From Parasitella parasitica NRRL 2501 (Eukaryota; Fungi; Mucoromycota): a DNA stretch of 64,000 nucleotides. The notes below the pieces were generated by a model. It ran no database searches, was not told where the DNA came from, and saw nothing but the letters and a program-made list of their open reading frames with translations. The stretch is from the NCBI GenBank assembly GCA_025201805.1, contig MU619297.1, positions 57,724 to 121,723 on the forward strand, in the 5' to 3' direction. Made by a program: the position numbers and the translations under genes. Numbering within the stretch: position 1 is the first letter of the stretch; each line of letters starts with the position of its first letter. Positions 34,632-47,990 of this stretch are shown here, one piece after another.

Positions 34632-36651
34632 CTACATGACATGAGTAAGGGTCCTAAATCTTTTCTGTACAGGATAATTCTTTGAAGAGCCTTCTTGATT
34701 ATTAGAAGATCTCTTCCTTCTACGACAACGATCAGCCTCATTCGTATCATCCTCGTCATCTTCATCATCAATTTCAATCAAATCATCCATGATAAGACTG
34801 GCTTCTCCAAAGAGTTCGTTTTCCGATATAAGAACATCTCTAAAAACATACAGTTTATCTTGATTAGGATGTTGATTCAAAGCTTCTTTGATAGTATAAT
34901 CGATGCGTAATTCCTTTTGAGTTTAACAAGAAATAAATAATATGCGTTGCCGTTCATTTGTCTGTAGTCCGGTTACCTCAAAACTCTTGATATGCACATC
35001 GCAAATAGGACAATGCCACAATTTGATATCAGCATGTTGGTTAAAAAATGAAGCAGCATCAAAACAACTGCGATGTCGGCAGTGTAGGCTCTTGATAGGA
35101 TGTTGAATTCTTCTTCCTGTATTGAAATCAATTAATGACACTGCCTCATTCAGCTCGCTTTCGTCATATTCTTCTTCGCTGGAGTTTTCAGTCGAAGCTG
35201 AAAGCAATGTATTACTTTGACATGTCATGAATATGGTTTCTGCATTCACTAATTTAGCTTCCGCTCCTTCTGCTCGATGATACTGTTTCAACAAATGAAT
35301 TATCATCTGCTGTGTGTCTAAAGGAAATGTACTTTTTCGAATAGACCGACTTATACATTCGGTTGTCGCTTGAAGATAAAGTTCACACACTAGCTATGTT
35401 TTCCCACGTATCAGTCATCTTATATCTTTGATTATGCTTCCTTCAATTATTAGAGCTTACCTCGCTTGTAGACTTTTTAAATACTGCAGATATTGAAATA
35501 TGACTGATATTATATTCTTCGTTGTCATGAAGTTCAACTTCAAGTTTTATCACTCTTTCAGGCGGCCCTGGCTTTAATTTGGACTTTTGTTCACCAGAAT
35601 TCATTACGTTATGATCAGTTACTGACGGCGGAGTCTTTGTTGTCATGGGTACGGATATTTTGTCACTTGCTTTCGTCTTTTTGCCACTGCTATTTGATGG
35701 CAGTGCACTTATAGAAGTAGCACAGTTTTCCTGTGAATGTGTATTTAGTTTTTTCGCCTTTCTTGATGGTCGTGCGAAGCATTTCTTCAATTCCTCGGTT
35801 ACATCAACATGCATGAATCCTTCTGAAACGACCCTCTACATCCAAAAAATGTTTTGAACACACAAATCAACCAGCATAACGATAAAAAATTTACTTCTTT
35901 TTTCGTTGTCCATATTTCCTCAAAGTTTAACCGAAGGGATTTGCATTGAGGTTTGATCAAAGTTCGAGTAGAGTTCCAAAAATATAAGTGGTATTCAATG
36001 CCATCTGTAGCCTTGTCGTTATGAGCTACTCGTATTCGTTCTAGGGATTTTTTGATTGCAGGGACAGACATATCAATTGAAGATGTAATTTTATGTTCTT
36101 CTTGCCAACTAACATCTACTCGATAGATTTCATCCAATCTGTCATAAACTTCCGTTGTGGGTACATAGTCATATGCCAGTGGACTGATTTGTCCAAGTTC
36201 TTTTTCTCGGCTAGAATAAAATTAATGAAACCATTAATTTGGTAAGCAAACGGCTCACATCTTACCATTCTCGGTATTCAGTATAAGCTAGGTTCTTAGC
36301 TTTGCATGCTGGGTAACCTGGATAGATTGTATTTAATAGATATTCAGCCAACTGATGCGTTTGTAATGCTTCAATGATAGGTTCTCTGCGATGAGTTAAG
36401 TGATGATCGAACAAATAAGAGTAAATAGCCTCTAGCTTTCTTTTTCGAAGCCGAAATAGATTAATTGGGATCTATCCAATATTCATGAGTATGCTTTTAT
36501 TGCCAATTGGCACTTGTCTTACAAGTCCTTGATCGGTAACATTTTTCATCAACTTATTCCCCGCCAAATGTCCTAATTCTTGAGATTGTTCTATGGTTAA
36601 AATGTTCGGCTTTTGTCGCTGTTTTCTTCGTTTATACAATGTGAAATTCAT
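34632..36651 (-). CDS. SP-RING (MIZ/PIAS-type zinc finger) protein, putative SUMO E3 ligase
   Basis: VSLIDFNTGRRIQHPIKSLHCRHRSCFDA...WHCPIC, followed by a SIM-like/acidic tail DDLIEIDDEDDEDD. Multi-exon; start codon inferred. Confidence 0.75.
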
Positions 36652-36754
36652 ATATATTTTGAAACTTATTTTTGGAGAATAAAAGAGAGATCTATTGAAA
36701 GTTCAANNNNNNNNNNAAAAAAAGAAAAAAGAAACATTCTCACTATAGTGTCTA

Positions 36755-37235
36755 CGGTTTAGCCACTGAAAGAAAATCGTAGTTTAGATTTAATTGACGA
36801 TTGCCACAATGTTGCATAGTATTCAAAAAAATACTCACTTACATTTGCCCAGCATCCCATTCCGAGAACTATTCGCAATAACGTATCATGTAGTGGTATA
36901 ACGAAGCTGTGATAGAAGTCTTAGGAAACCCTTTCATAGAACATCAGGCAAATAACTCTCAGAAAAACAGCGTTAAAAGCAACTAACCTTTTGGAATCTT
37001 TTCACTGGCCATTGAATGTTACATGAAACATTGGTTTCCTTGAACGAGAAGAGGTAGGAAGAGAATAAGCAGTGTAGAGAGGCCAATAGAACCAAAAAAA
37101 TATTTCTACGCTCAAGGAACATCAAAAAGACAGTTCTCAGAATGAGATGCTGGGAAAACGTAAGTGAGTATTTTTCTTTATCCCATGCAACACTGTGGCA
37201 ATCGTAAGTCAAATTTTCTTTCAATGGCTAAACCG
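36755..37235. mobile_element. MITE (481 bp) with TIRs and TA duplication
   Basis: Left TA|CGGTTTAGCCACTGAAAGAAAAT...ACGATTGCCACAATGTTGCAT; right ATGCAACACTGTGGCAATCGT...ATTTTCTTTCAATGGCTAAACCG|TA. Non-coding interior. Confidence 0.9.
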
Positions 37236-38052
37236 TACCAAGCAAATTATGCAAATCAACTGAATGTGCCTTTTTGTCAAACTTGACATGAAACTCCGTT
37301 TGATCTACAGTCTTTAGATTTCGATCCGCAATACATAAAGTGGAAGGTAATGCGATGAAATGAAATGTTATATATATCTAATAAAGATAATAAGATAAAA
37401 AAATTACATGATCAGAATCTACGATAAAAATTTCTTATTAAACATGTATTGCAGATTTACTAGGGTTTTGTACAAGATGTGCCACAGAACATCAAATTAG
37501 AGGTTTATCATCCAAGAAGCTGCCATGGCAGAATGAGCATTCATTCTCAACTACACCAAAAATTGTAGACACAGGTGAAGGTCATTATGATATTACTCAA
37601 TAAAACTTTATTATCAAATGTTTAGCAATATCCTACCAAATAGCCATGGCTACAACTGCACTCATCATGACTCACAATCCAGACTTTGATGCAAATTATT
37701 CTTGTGATGAATAAAAAAAAGTGTTAAATATCTTTTAGGAGTTCAAATTGCATGAATCATCATTGCATATGATAATAATAGGATATCAAACTGTTGGTGG
37801 AATGGTTGATTACGGAGCCGATGACTAGACCATTTAAGAAAAGCTAAATTGAAAGTGCGGGTTACACCTTGCCCCTGCCAGAAATGTGAATGGAAGAGTT
37901 TTCCGGGGTGAATAAAGTTTTTTCCTTCGCTAGTAGCAATTGATTGGTCCAATCCTATAGCATTTGCCTATAAATACAGGTTAGATTCTGTAAAATGTTG
38001 AAAAGGACTCTCTTTGTTTCTCATAACCGTATAAGCATACACACGACATACC

Positions 38053-38747
38053 ATGAAATTTATCAAATCTGTGCACACTTTTGATTACGAATGGAGTTTG
38101 GTATCCGCTGCTCAATGGCAAAAATACCCTAATGATCACTGCCCTCACGTTCAACATGTTGATGTGTTGAACAGAACGGTAGACCCTGAAACAGGCATCC
38201 TTACAACTGAAAGACTTATTACAGTTAAACAAAATGTCCCAAGGCTTCTTCTAAAGGTAGATAATATTTAATTCAAATGGAACAGTTTTCTTCTCATTAT
38301 TCCATGTTACTCAAATCTTAGTTTTAGATTATGGGTGCCGAGGAGACGCAATATGTCAGGGAAATCTCTACAATTGATCCTAAAGCAAAAACATTCTCTT
38401 TGACCAGCCAAAATCTTTCTTTATGTAACATTATGAAGTGCAATGAAGAAATTTCTTATACCGTCTCACCTGAAGACCCTGAAAAGTAAGTTGCAGAAAA
38501 TAGTGAAAAGAAAATAGTTATTTAGCTGCGGTTTTATAGAACACAATTTACACAACAAGCAACCATGTCAGTAGGGAGCTTTCTTTCTCGATGGGAGAGT
38601 ACAATTGAGGATTTTTCCATCAAAAGATTTCAACAGAATGCTCAAGTCGGTAGAGAAGGATTTTTGAATGTGTTGGAAAGATTCGTAGTAATGGCAGAAG
38701 CTGCTAAACAGGGGCCCAGTGCCACAAATCCAGCACCAGGGAACTAA
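38053..38747 (+). CDS. UPS2: PRELI/MSF1-domain mitochondrial lipid transfer protein (Ups2/PRELID3-like)
   Basis: HTFDYEWSLVSAAQWQKYPN..HVQHVDVLNR..LTTERLITVKQNVP...RFQQNAQVGREGF. Three exons. Confidence 0.85.
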
Positions 38748-40344
38748 ACAAGAAGCATCTCTGTGACAATTTGCTTATCGCTTTGTACCTAATGCCCTGA
38801 AAGTTATTTATTTGTACAGCCAAATCGAAGTTCCTTGATTTAATATTTGTTAATTCCAAACGTTTTAAGCATTTTTTATTTGGGTGTCTCGAGTCAACGA
38901 CTTTACATTTATGTCTTCAATTTCCTGTGTCACTTTGCTTTAGAAACACGAATTAACTGATAGTTTTCAGAGAATGAACCTCGCGTAACAAACTACCGTT
39001 ATCTGAAAGATAGAAATAAAATATAGGATTCGAAAGCCTACTTGAAAAGAGATATTCATGACTATTACATTACACTAAATGTGTTTGCTTCTTGCTGCCA
39101 ACATCATAACTATCTTTTGGAAAAGTAAAGCGATGCTTGAAAAGTTTCCATTGAAATAATTTAGCTATTTTTTTATTCGCTCCATCATGCAGTTTTATAA
39201 AATGTGCTTGGTATCATTATAATTTTCAGGTTGTGCTATATATAGGCATACAGCTATTCTGTCAAAAAAAGTAAGTTAGTAAAAACTGTTATGGTTTTCA
39301 AGAGGAACTAGAACGGTTTTAGTCATTTTTAAAAGAACTATCCTGAAAGAAAATCTTCAAAATAGATTTTTCCGTTCTCAATAGCGCACATTAAAGCAAA
39401 CCGGAAAATTAGTCAAAATAAATCCACTTGTTAAAGTAAAGCACTTTTGTCAGGAAGTGCTATGTTTTGAATGATCTCATACGTTTGAGAATTTTTCTGG
39501 TAAGCGATTTCTTTAATCATGATTATGCCAAGTTTACAGATACAGATGGGGTGGCGCCACTGACCGGGCGTTGTTAGCTGAAAAGTATAAGAAATTTACA
39601 TTGAAACTGGGTAACTTAGGATGAAGACCTATTCCATCTTCAGAGAATATCCCGAGAAGAAATGACTTGAATAGCCTCTATTATTTTCTGGATTTGAATA
39701 CTCCCATGTATAATGGTAACAGATAATGCATGAATCAAAATTTTATACTGTTTACTGCATGCTGGGTCTTGTTACATTCGATATATACTTGATTTGTATG
39801 TGTGTTTACACATAGTATGTATAAATTTGAAATGTATTCTGTCAAAATATTTTTCGTCTTAGCGCATATGGAAGGTTGTTGTGTGAAAATATACCCTTTT
39901 GCGCTTATTTATATCACGTTTCGTACAAAAAAAGAGTGCTTTCATATTAAAACAGGATTATTGACATCAATAGGAATTGTTATGTACAATGTTACAGAAG
40001 TAACTCCGAGAGAAACCAGTTACAAAAGCAACCAAACAGAAGAGAAGAAAATAGGTCTTTCAGGGGATAATGTATTTCTTATTCGCATAAGAAAACTCCT
40101 CGTTAGATACATAGGCATGTGTATTATGAAATTAATCATCACCAAGCAAAAAAGAAATATCATCAGCTGTGGCTATCACCCCTTAAATAAGCCTTACATA
40201 CACAAAAAGAAAAAATAAACCTGAGCCCATGCATGAAGTTGTACAAAATTCATGAAACAATGACGATACACTTTACATTTTCTTGCTCAACTTTTATTTT
40301 CATTACATCTCTTTCCCCTTTTTAAAATTTTTCATATACATAAT

Positions 40345-42279
40345 ATGATGATGAGTACAGCAACAAAAGCTTCACAACAAAAGCAAGCACAGAGACAGAA
40401 AAAACAGCAGCAACAAAATGATAAGTTATTAAATAGTTCATCACCAATCTGGTTAATAAGCTGGTTTTCACACCTAACCAAATCAAATGTGAAATCTTCC
40501 TCATCATCTTCGAATTCTTCTTTATCGACTACATCCAGCGTTGCTCTACCATGGAAAAAAATTCATAAATCATCACCTTCGTCTTCTGTTGTAGTAACTG
40601 ACCCTATTAATGTGCCTACAATCAAATATACCCCGTCGTCTCAAAATGCAAGCAAACCAGAAAAAAGACTTTCTATGCATCAACAAGATCAGCACCGCCC
40701 AAGTATCACTATCTCCTTAACACCATCGATTGTATCATCAGAAAGAAGAAATTCTCAGCAAACAACAAGTAGTTCAATAACTACATCCGATGATCAATAT
40801 TCGACCACAGCCGCGTCATATTATCAACGTCGTGATAGCTCAGAGAGATCTATTTTATCTGAATTATGGTCCAAAGCAAGAAGAAGACATCCTAATTATC
40901 CTCGTTTTCATTGGCCTCATCGACACGCACAAAGCTTAGGTAGTAGCCCTCAACAACCGCCACCTTGTATGCGTGTTCAACCCCCATCAACAGATGATTC
41001 AACATCAGGAGCAGCGGCAGCAGCAGCAGCGGCAGCAGCTGCAACCTCATGTCCATCGTCTTATCGCCATCAGCAGTATTTTCCAAGACATCACAAAAGA
41101 CATTCTATAAGCTCCCTTATGACATCCGCTGATAATACGCCCTCTGGATCAAGACCTAATTCAGTCATCATTTCTCAACCAACTTCACCAAACTTTGCGG
41201 CTCTATTAGCCAAAAAACAAAATGTAGATGATGATGTCGATAACTATTATTTGGCGGATGAAGATAATTGCTCTTGTAGTGTAATAAAAAAAGAACGTTG
41301 GTTGATAAAGCACGAATTAATCAAACTAGCTCTGGATGGGTAATTTATTCATTTTGTAACGGAATTCATGCAAAAATTAACGTATTTATTTTTAGGCTAT
41401 TTTCCATTCCTGAAATGGTTACACTATCACCGTCTATTGAAAAGCATGTGTTGCAAGTAGGGTAAGAAATTAACATATGATAATCTATACTATATATTAA
41501 TACATGTTACAGTTGTGGCGATGCTGCATGGAGTATAGACGTAGCTATCCAGTATCCCAAATGGATGGTTGTCGGTCTAGACAGTGGAGACGGAGCTGGC
41601 GGTGTGAATGGTTTATCGTTTAAAAGAAGTATACCCAGGAACTTCAAATTTATACGACGATATTCAATCTTGCAAGGTTTAAAGAGCTTACCTGATAACT
41701 CGTTTGATTTTATTGCTTTACGACAATTGCTGCTAGGATATACATTCGAACAATATCAAATGTTGATATTTGAATGTTTGAGAGTTTGTAAACCAGGCGG
41801 ATATATTGAAGTGATGGAAATGGACATGCGAATTTACCATCAGCGGGTTTTGTCGCTATCTGTAACGCAGTTACTGAATAACGAAGGTTTGTTTGATCTT
41901 GATAAGTAACCATGGCAACAAAAAAACTTATTCTGAGTTTACAATTTGTGTAGTGATCGGCGTAATTGAATCTCAGTCGTTGGACCCAAGATTAGCTCGA
42001 AGATTGCAAGATTTAGTGATTGATCAAGACGAAACTCATCTCATCGAAGCTAAATACATTTCATTGCCATTGGGAGTTTGGGGAGGTCGATTGGGAGTCA
42101 TGTTTCGTGATGATATTCATGCTTTAATCGAGTCTTATCAGCCTGAAATTGCTGATTTGAGCCAAAAACAAACCAGATCAGAAAATGAATTAGAGTATAA
42201 AATCGAGATTATGGATCATGAATTAGATTCTAACCGAGCATTTATGAATCTACATTTGATGGTCATTCAGAAGGCATGA
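40345..42279 (+). CDS. Class I SAM-methyltransferase-fold protein (LaeA-like) with long Ser-rich N-terminus
   Basis: ERWLIKHELIK, VLQVG|CGDAAWSIDVA, LPDNSFDFIALRQL, LRVCKPGGYIEVME, YISLPLGVWGGRLG. Three introns. Confidence 0.8.
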
Positions 42280-42394
42280 AATAAAAAATAAAAGTGGCAA
42301 TGTGACGGGTCTAAAAATCCCAATTGTACCCCTTGCCAATCACCCAGCAAAACATCATTTTCTTTCTTTTTTAAAGATTTGCGAAAAACACAAA

Positions 42395-42720
42395 ATGTCA
42401 TTCTTTGGTAGTGGGAATCTTCAACAAAACCAACAAACTATTAACCCTCAAAACATTGCACTCGCTGAGCAAGAACTCGAGATGGTAACTGACTTATTCA
42501 ACAGGTAAAACTGACTAAAATTCTACATCAGAATATTATATATAAACATTTTAACATGTGTAGAATTGCTGATTCGTGTCATAAGAAATGCATTTCAACC
42601 AACTACGAGCAATCTGATTTAAGTCAAGGTGAGGCTGTCTGTATCGATCGTTGCGTGGCTAAATTCATCGACGTCAATACCAAAGTTGGTGAAAAAATGC
42701 AACAGATGAGTGGTCAATAG
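42395..42720 (+). CDS. TIM10: Mitochondrial small Tim chaperone Tim10
   Basis: AEQELEMVTDLFNR|IADSCHKKCISTNYEQSDLSQGEAVCIDRCVAKF (twin CX3C). Intron 42505-42563. Confidence 0.93.
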
Positions 42721-43159
42721 ATGACATCAATGTTACCGTATAGCAATATTTTTGACAAGTATCCATCGCTTTTAAATAGCTGTATATATTGAGAAGACAT
42801 AAATAAAAGTTAGATATTCTGAGAGTGCGCTCTACTTTGTTTTAATTGAAATTGAAATATTTCTAATTTCTTCTTAATTTTCATTTCTATCTTATTTGTA
42901 TGCTTTCATTCAAACACAAACATGGCAAACGTATGATGACATGTATTTGAGCTTTTAAGGGGACATGGATTATCCTGTTTATTTTTTTGATAAATGAGAA
43001 TGTTCTGTAACGTTCGACAGACCCAAGAAAGGTACAAATGTTCTTAAATGTTCTCTCAGACTTTTCTTTTTGCTGTGAGGAATATAAAAAGAACTCGAAT
43101 CTCGGAGTTTCTAAGCTTCTTTTTTCATCAAAGTTTATTCAATAAAGTAGGCAAAAACT

Positions 43160-43693
43160 ATGTTGGCCTCATCCTTTATGCCTTCTTCTCTTACACCAAT
43201 GTCGTCTACGCTATCAAACAATGATCGCAATTTCATAGAATTTACTCGCTGTTTATACAAAGCCAAATCAGTTGTATTGGAATTACAAGAGTTTAGTAGA
43301 ACAGTTGGTCCAACATTGTGCTTACCTCCATGTGCACAAAAACAAACAACGGATGAGTTTATAAAGCATGTGAACTGCTATATGGGAGGCTCTTTTAGAA
43401 AATTTAGCAATATGTGCCGGGTGCTATTGATTGTATTGGCAAAACTTGAATTAAATCAGCCAGTCCGAAGAGAACGAATTGATTCATTTCGACAAGAAGT
43501 ATTAAGTGAATGGAAAAAAGCAGACAAAGTTCGACAAGATCTATTATTATTAGTACAAGACACATATCAAGTATCGAAACTGCCATCGCCACAATCAAAG
43601 GAATCACTCTCTGACTACGACGAAGATGAAGAGCCTGGTTCAGAAACTAGTTTAGAACCAACCTCATCAGAAGAATCATCCAGATCATTATAA
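43160..43693 (+). CDS. Hypothetical protein (177 aa, helical core, acidic tail)
   Basis: Uninterrupted ATG-started ORF with an upstream TATAAAAA (~43083) and downstream AATAAA. No family recognised. Confidence 0.6.
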   Translation: MLASSFMPSSLTPMSSTLSNNDRNFIEFTRCLYKAKSVVLELQEFSRTVGPTLCLPPCAQKQTTDEFIKHVNCYMGGSFRKFSNMCRVLLIVLAKLELNQPVRRERIDSFRQEVLSEWKKADKVRQDLLLLVQDTYQVSKLPSPQSKESLSDYDEDEEPGSETSLEPTSSEESSRSL

Positions 43694-43816
43694 CATTCGC
43701 ACAGACACTTTTTTCATATATACTTGTATAGATATACCACCCTTTTTCTGTAATTAATAAACGTTCTATCCTCTCTTCTATTGTGTTATTTATTATTTTT
43801 AAAAAAAAAAGGTATT

Positions 43817-45569
43817 TTACACAGTTTTGTCCTCTTGTTCTTTACAAACAGCTTTATGACCATGTTTCCAATGATTTTTCTGACATTCACGGGAACAGTA
43901 TGATACTCGTTGACACCGACCACATCGTTTGAAGCTTCCAAGCTCTTCTTCTTTCTTGTCACAGTTAATGTTGGCGCATTGACGATGCCGAATACTATCT
44001 GGCGTTGCCTCCTTAGCAAGTTGCCGGATTAATTTTTCTTGATCTTCGTTACTTAATTTCTCGAAATTCTCCATGTTTTCCTTTTCAAGGGCAACACGAG
44101 CAGCCATCTTGGCTCTCAAGATACGGACTAGATAATTATAAGCTTCCAGATCACCACGTACAAGTGCTAACTCCATATAGTTCTGAGCCTTGTCCATGTC
44201 ATAAAGACCGTAGTCTTTGGATCCAAAAATTAACCCGAGCATCATCATGGCATCGGCATCGCCATTATTAGCTGCATCCTATTTCGAAAACAATCAATAT
44301 TCTTCTATTTACACGCCAACCTCATACAGTACCTCCATTAATTCGATGCCGGTAACAATGTAGTCTTCAGGTTCGCTGCCAGGGTTTCCTGCTTCCTTGG
44401 CCAATTCAGAGTTTTTTGACATGAGCAAGTACATTCTACCAACTGTACATTCCCAACAGATTACTATGATTGTATCATGCTGTTTTTCTTTGTGCGACTT
44501 ACGTGCATTACAGGAGGCGGAGAAACCCCATTGTTTTGCTCTTTCAAAATATTCTATAGCCTTCTTGATATCTCTAAAAGAGGAAGTATCCTTGACATAA
44601 CCTTGATAAATGATGCCTAAATTGTGCGCAGAGTCGGGGTACCCTATACTTAAATAGTTAAAAGATGTCCATGGAAAAATATCCCTCTTTCTTGCCTTGT
44701 TCGTATGCTTTTTGATAATACTCGACAGCTCTTTCAATGTCCTTTTTACATCCAACTGCATTCTCCAAAAAGAAACCAAGTTTGTGACATGCCATCTAAA
44801 CATAGTTAGGTGCTAGAAAATCGAGGATCTTCTTGTCGAGATACTTACAGGATTCAAAGCATCAGCTGCTTTCTTATACCATTCATAACATAAAGCCTTT
44901 GCATTTTCTCCATCTCTTAAATTGGAGCCACCCGCTAATTTCTCCTCTTGCATGTAAATGGATCCAATCTGAACTGCAGCCATTGTATATCCCTTTTCAA
45001 ATGCACGTTCCAACAAGCGCTTGGCTCCCTCAAAGTTGGGACTGGCAGCAGGACTCATTGAAGCACGATCATTTGGCCCTGAAGGTTCACGACGAATACC
45101 GCCGTATAATAAGCTACCCAAAACGAGATCATGAATACTGCTATCTTGATCTTCTTCTAATTGAAGATCTTCGGCTGCCTTATCGATATTCATGTCAGTG
45201 CTTGATAATCTTTCTACTGCTTCATGTTGAACATTGTCAAAAAGTTTAAATTCCTCTGCCCATTGATTGTTGGCACGCTCGAGCTGGATCAAACACATGT
45301 CAGTAAAAAGTCTTGAATAATCTATAGTTAATTTTTTTTACCTTTTTGCCAACGCTATTACGCTTTTCGTATTCAGTAGCGAGCTGTTGAGCAGCTACGG
45401 GTAAAGCAGTTGGCATTTGTTTTGCAAACTCGGGGTCGGTCTCATTGTACAAGGCAACCAACAAACGAGACTGTTGCTCAGTCATCCCCAAGAAGGCAGG
45501 AACTTGTAGAGGTTCACCATTAATTACACCATCGTGTGTGTGTTCTTCGTTCGTTGGTTCAGCAGACAT
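43817..45569 (-). CDS. SEL1-repeat plus C-terminal MYND zinc finger protein
   Basis: SEL1-like segments (AAVQIGSIY...WYKKAA; SAHNLGIIY...AIEYFERA) and MYND CANINC...KRCGRCQRVSYCSRECQKNHWKHGHKAVC. Multi-exon. Confidence 0.88.
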
Positions 45570-46319
45570 ATCCAGTTGAATTTTGGGTCAAGTGAAAAAC
45601 AATTGTCTGCAATTTGCTTTTGCTTCTCGAGGAAAAAATACAGAAATTTGATGTGGCTTGTAGAGAGCAACAGTTCATTAGAAAAAGGGGAATCAAAATA
45701 ATCAAGCACAACTTGTGGCTTTTGAGCAATAATGCCCAATCTAATCATCTAATGTTGTAATATAGCATCTGTTGAGAAAATATCGTTGAAATAAAAACTA
45801 TCTGCGTTCTGCTTTTTCAATTTTATTTTAAATTATGAGTTCTTGAGGTGTTAGGGCTACATAACAAAAAAAAAATGAGAAAAGAAGTGAACAGTTAACA
45901 AGTATTTGATGCGGTGGTACAAGCATTGAAGATCACTATGGATCAAAATCATGTCCACTTGCAATGTGAACAAACATCAGACAAGTATAATAGAGCTGCT
46001 CGCTATTCTGTTCCAATTCTTAATTTTATTTAATAAACAAATGCCTGGTTCCCAAAAAAACTAAATTTCTCTTGTAATCAGAAATATAGTGGTTGGGTTA
46101 CCGAACTGGAATTCCTGTTTGATAGCCCAAACTCGGAAATTGATATAAGACTGAGTTACGATCCCTATAAACCATGCTCAACGGGGGCAGTAATTCAATT
46201 TATTCCTTCAGCTCGATTATAGTTTACTACGGCGATTAACATTGCAGATCACGCTTTAAGCGGGGACAAATGTATTGTGTACAGATTGTGTGGCATTTAT
46301 TCCAATCAAAAATAAAGCT

Positions 46320-46446
46320 TTGTGAAATGGCGCTTCAATGTTTTATGTTATCTCAGCTGTTGATTTATACCAAGACATATCCAGGTTATATGTGGAATTC
46401 ATGCTTTGCTCTTCAATTGAAAATGGTAGCTCACTTGCAAAGAATG
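46320..46446 (+). repeat. Diverged third copy of the right end of the 2.7 kb repeat
   Basis: TATCTCAGCTGTTGATTTATACC...TCATGCTTTGCTCTTCAATTGAAAA aligns with 50775-50850 and 32085-32160. Confidence 0.7.
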
Positions 46447-46479
46447 TATACCCGCATCAGACTCTAAATTCAATCTCAG

Positions 46480-46950
46480 CAGCATTTTACCATTTGAAGC
46501 GGTGGGAGCGGTTGATAGTGGCCCGGTACCACGCTGAGCATGGTTATGAGCGCACTACGATCACTCGACTTTTGGATGATTGAGGTTCTTCCTCACGAGA
46601 CCTCCCTCTTTTTGTCTCTGGTGCTGATTGTGGCTGTTGCTGAAGTTTGGCGTCGACATTGGCGGTCAATTTTTGATGTTGTGCCTCTGACATCGGACAT
46701 CCTGCTCCTCTCTTTTCAGCATGAGGAGGATCTTTCCTCCTCGTCCTATAACTAAACGTTCTTTCTACTACTGTTTTTATTATTATTATTATTATTCGCT
46801 CTGAACTCATATGACTCACTTAACTGTTAATACTATTCTTCTTCTTTTTTTCTTTTTTTCTAATCCCTATATATATTTCCATTCTTCCTTTAACTATTTA
46901 TTTTATTTTATTATCCTTGTTGAGCACTGCTTGATTCGGCCTTACAAAAC
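46480..46950 (+). mobile_element. 3' fragment of a non-LTR retrotransposon (LINE)
   Basis: GC-richer segment encoding VAEVWRRHWRSIFDVVPL (W-x-x-H-W-x-x-IF motif typical of fungal LINE ORF2 C-termini), followed by a T/ATT-rich 3' UTR-like tract. Confidence 0.6.
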
Positions 46951-47990
46951 CCGTTTCTACGTGCAACAAATAACAAAAAAAACAGATGCGGAAATTTTTT
47001 GCATAATTCCCATTGCTAGATTTCTCTAGAAAGTAATAAGTATATTGGATTTGTATACCAAGTGTTTTATGACAATAAAAGAATTTTGCATTTAATTATA
47101 TATTCTACAAAGCTATGCCAGCTCCCTTTCATAGGATCAATTTCAAACAATCAAAAAACACCTTTTTTGATAGTTTTTGAACAAAAGCGACTATATTTTG
47201 AGCACATAAAACCCTATAAACTCGATTCAAACAATTTATTATGTCAATATTTATCCATCAACATCTTGTTCGCAATCTTAGCTTTACTATTTCAGCCAAA
47301 AATCAAAAACTTGCTTGTCTCGACCTAAATCGATCAAAGATTTTCAGTCCTTACGCTTATAGGGTCAAAATGGGCCTTCCGAAAGGGTAAAAAATTCATT
47401 CTGTCTTTCGCTCACAAATCGATAATTTTTGACCAAATCAAATGATTAAGTAGCTATTTAGTATCTCTAAGTTTATGCTGCAAAAGATATAGTATACTTT
47501 ACATACCTTTATTGCTTTGAAAGTTACAAAAATAAATCAAGCTCTGCCAAAAACATATGACGAAATTTTTTTCTTTAGCTTCTAAAACTTCCACATCTAG
47601 TAGAAAATTATACTGCAAACATATTTTAATAATCGCTCAAGAAGTCAAAGGATTTCAATGGTTTGTTGAGAAATTGGCCCGCAAAAATTTGCGTAAACAA
47701 ATTAATTCAAGGTTGTTGAATTCGACCTTTACCAAGACATGGTTGATACCATTAGATGTATCAAAATGTGCTTTACTAGTTTACTTAAAAACTTGGATAT
47801 ATCACACATACAAAAAAAAAAAAAAAAAGAAACTTGGATATGACTTTCTTGCAAAATTAAGTACTTGGTATAGGCCCATATGCTATAAAATCTGCGAAAT
47901 TTGGTTTTGGCAATATCTCGACAACAAACATTGATATCCAGAATATGAAAACGTAATGAGGTACTGTTATCGTACTAGTATTACAATGTA

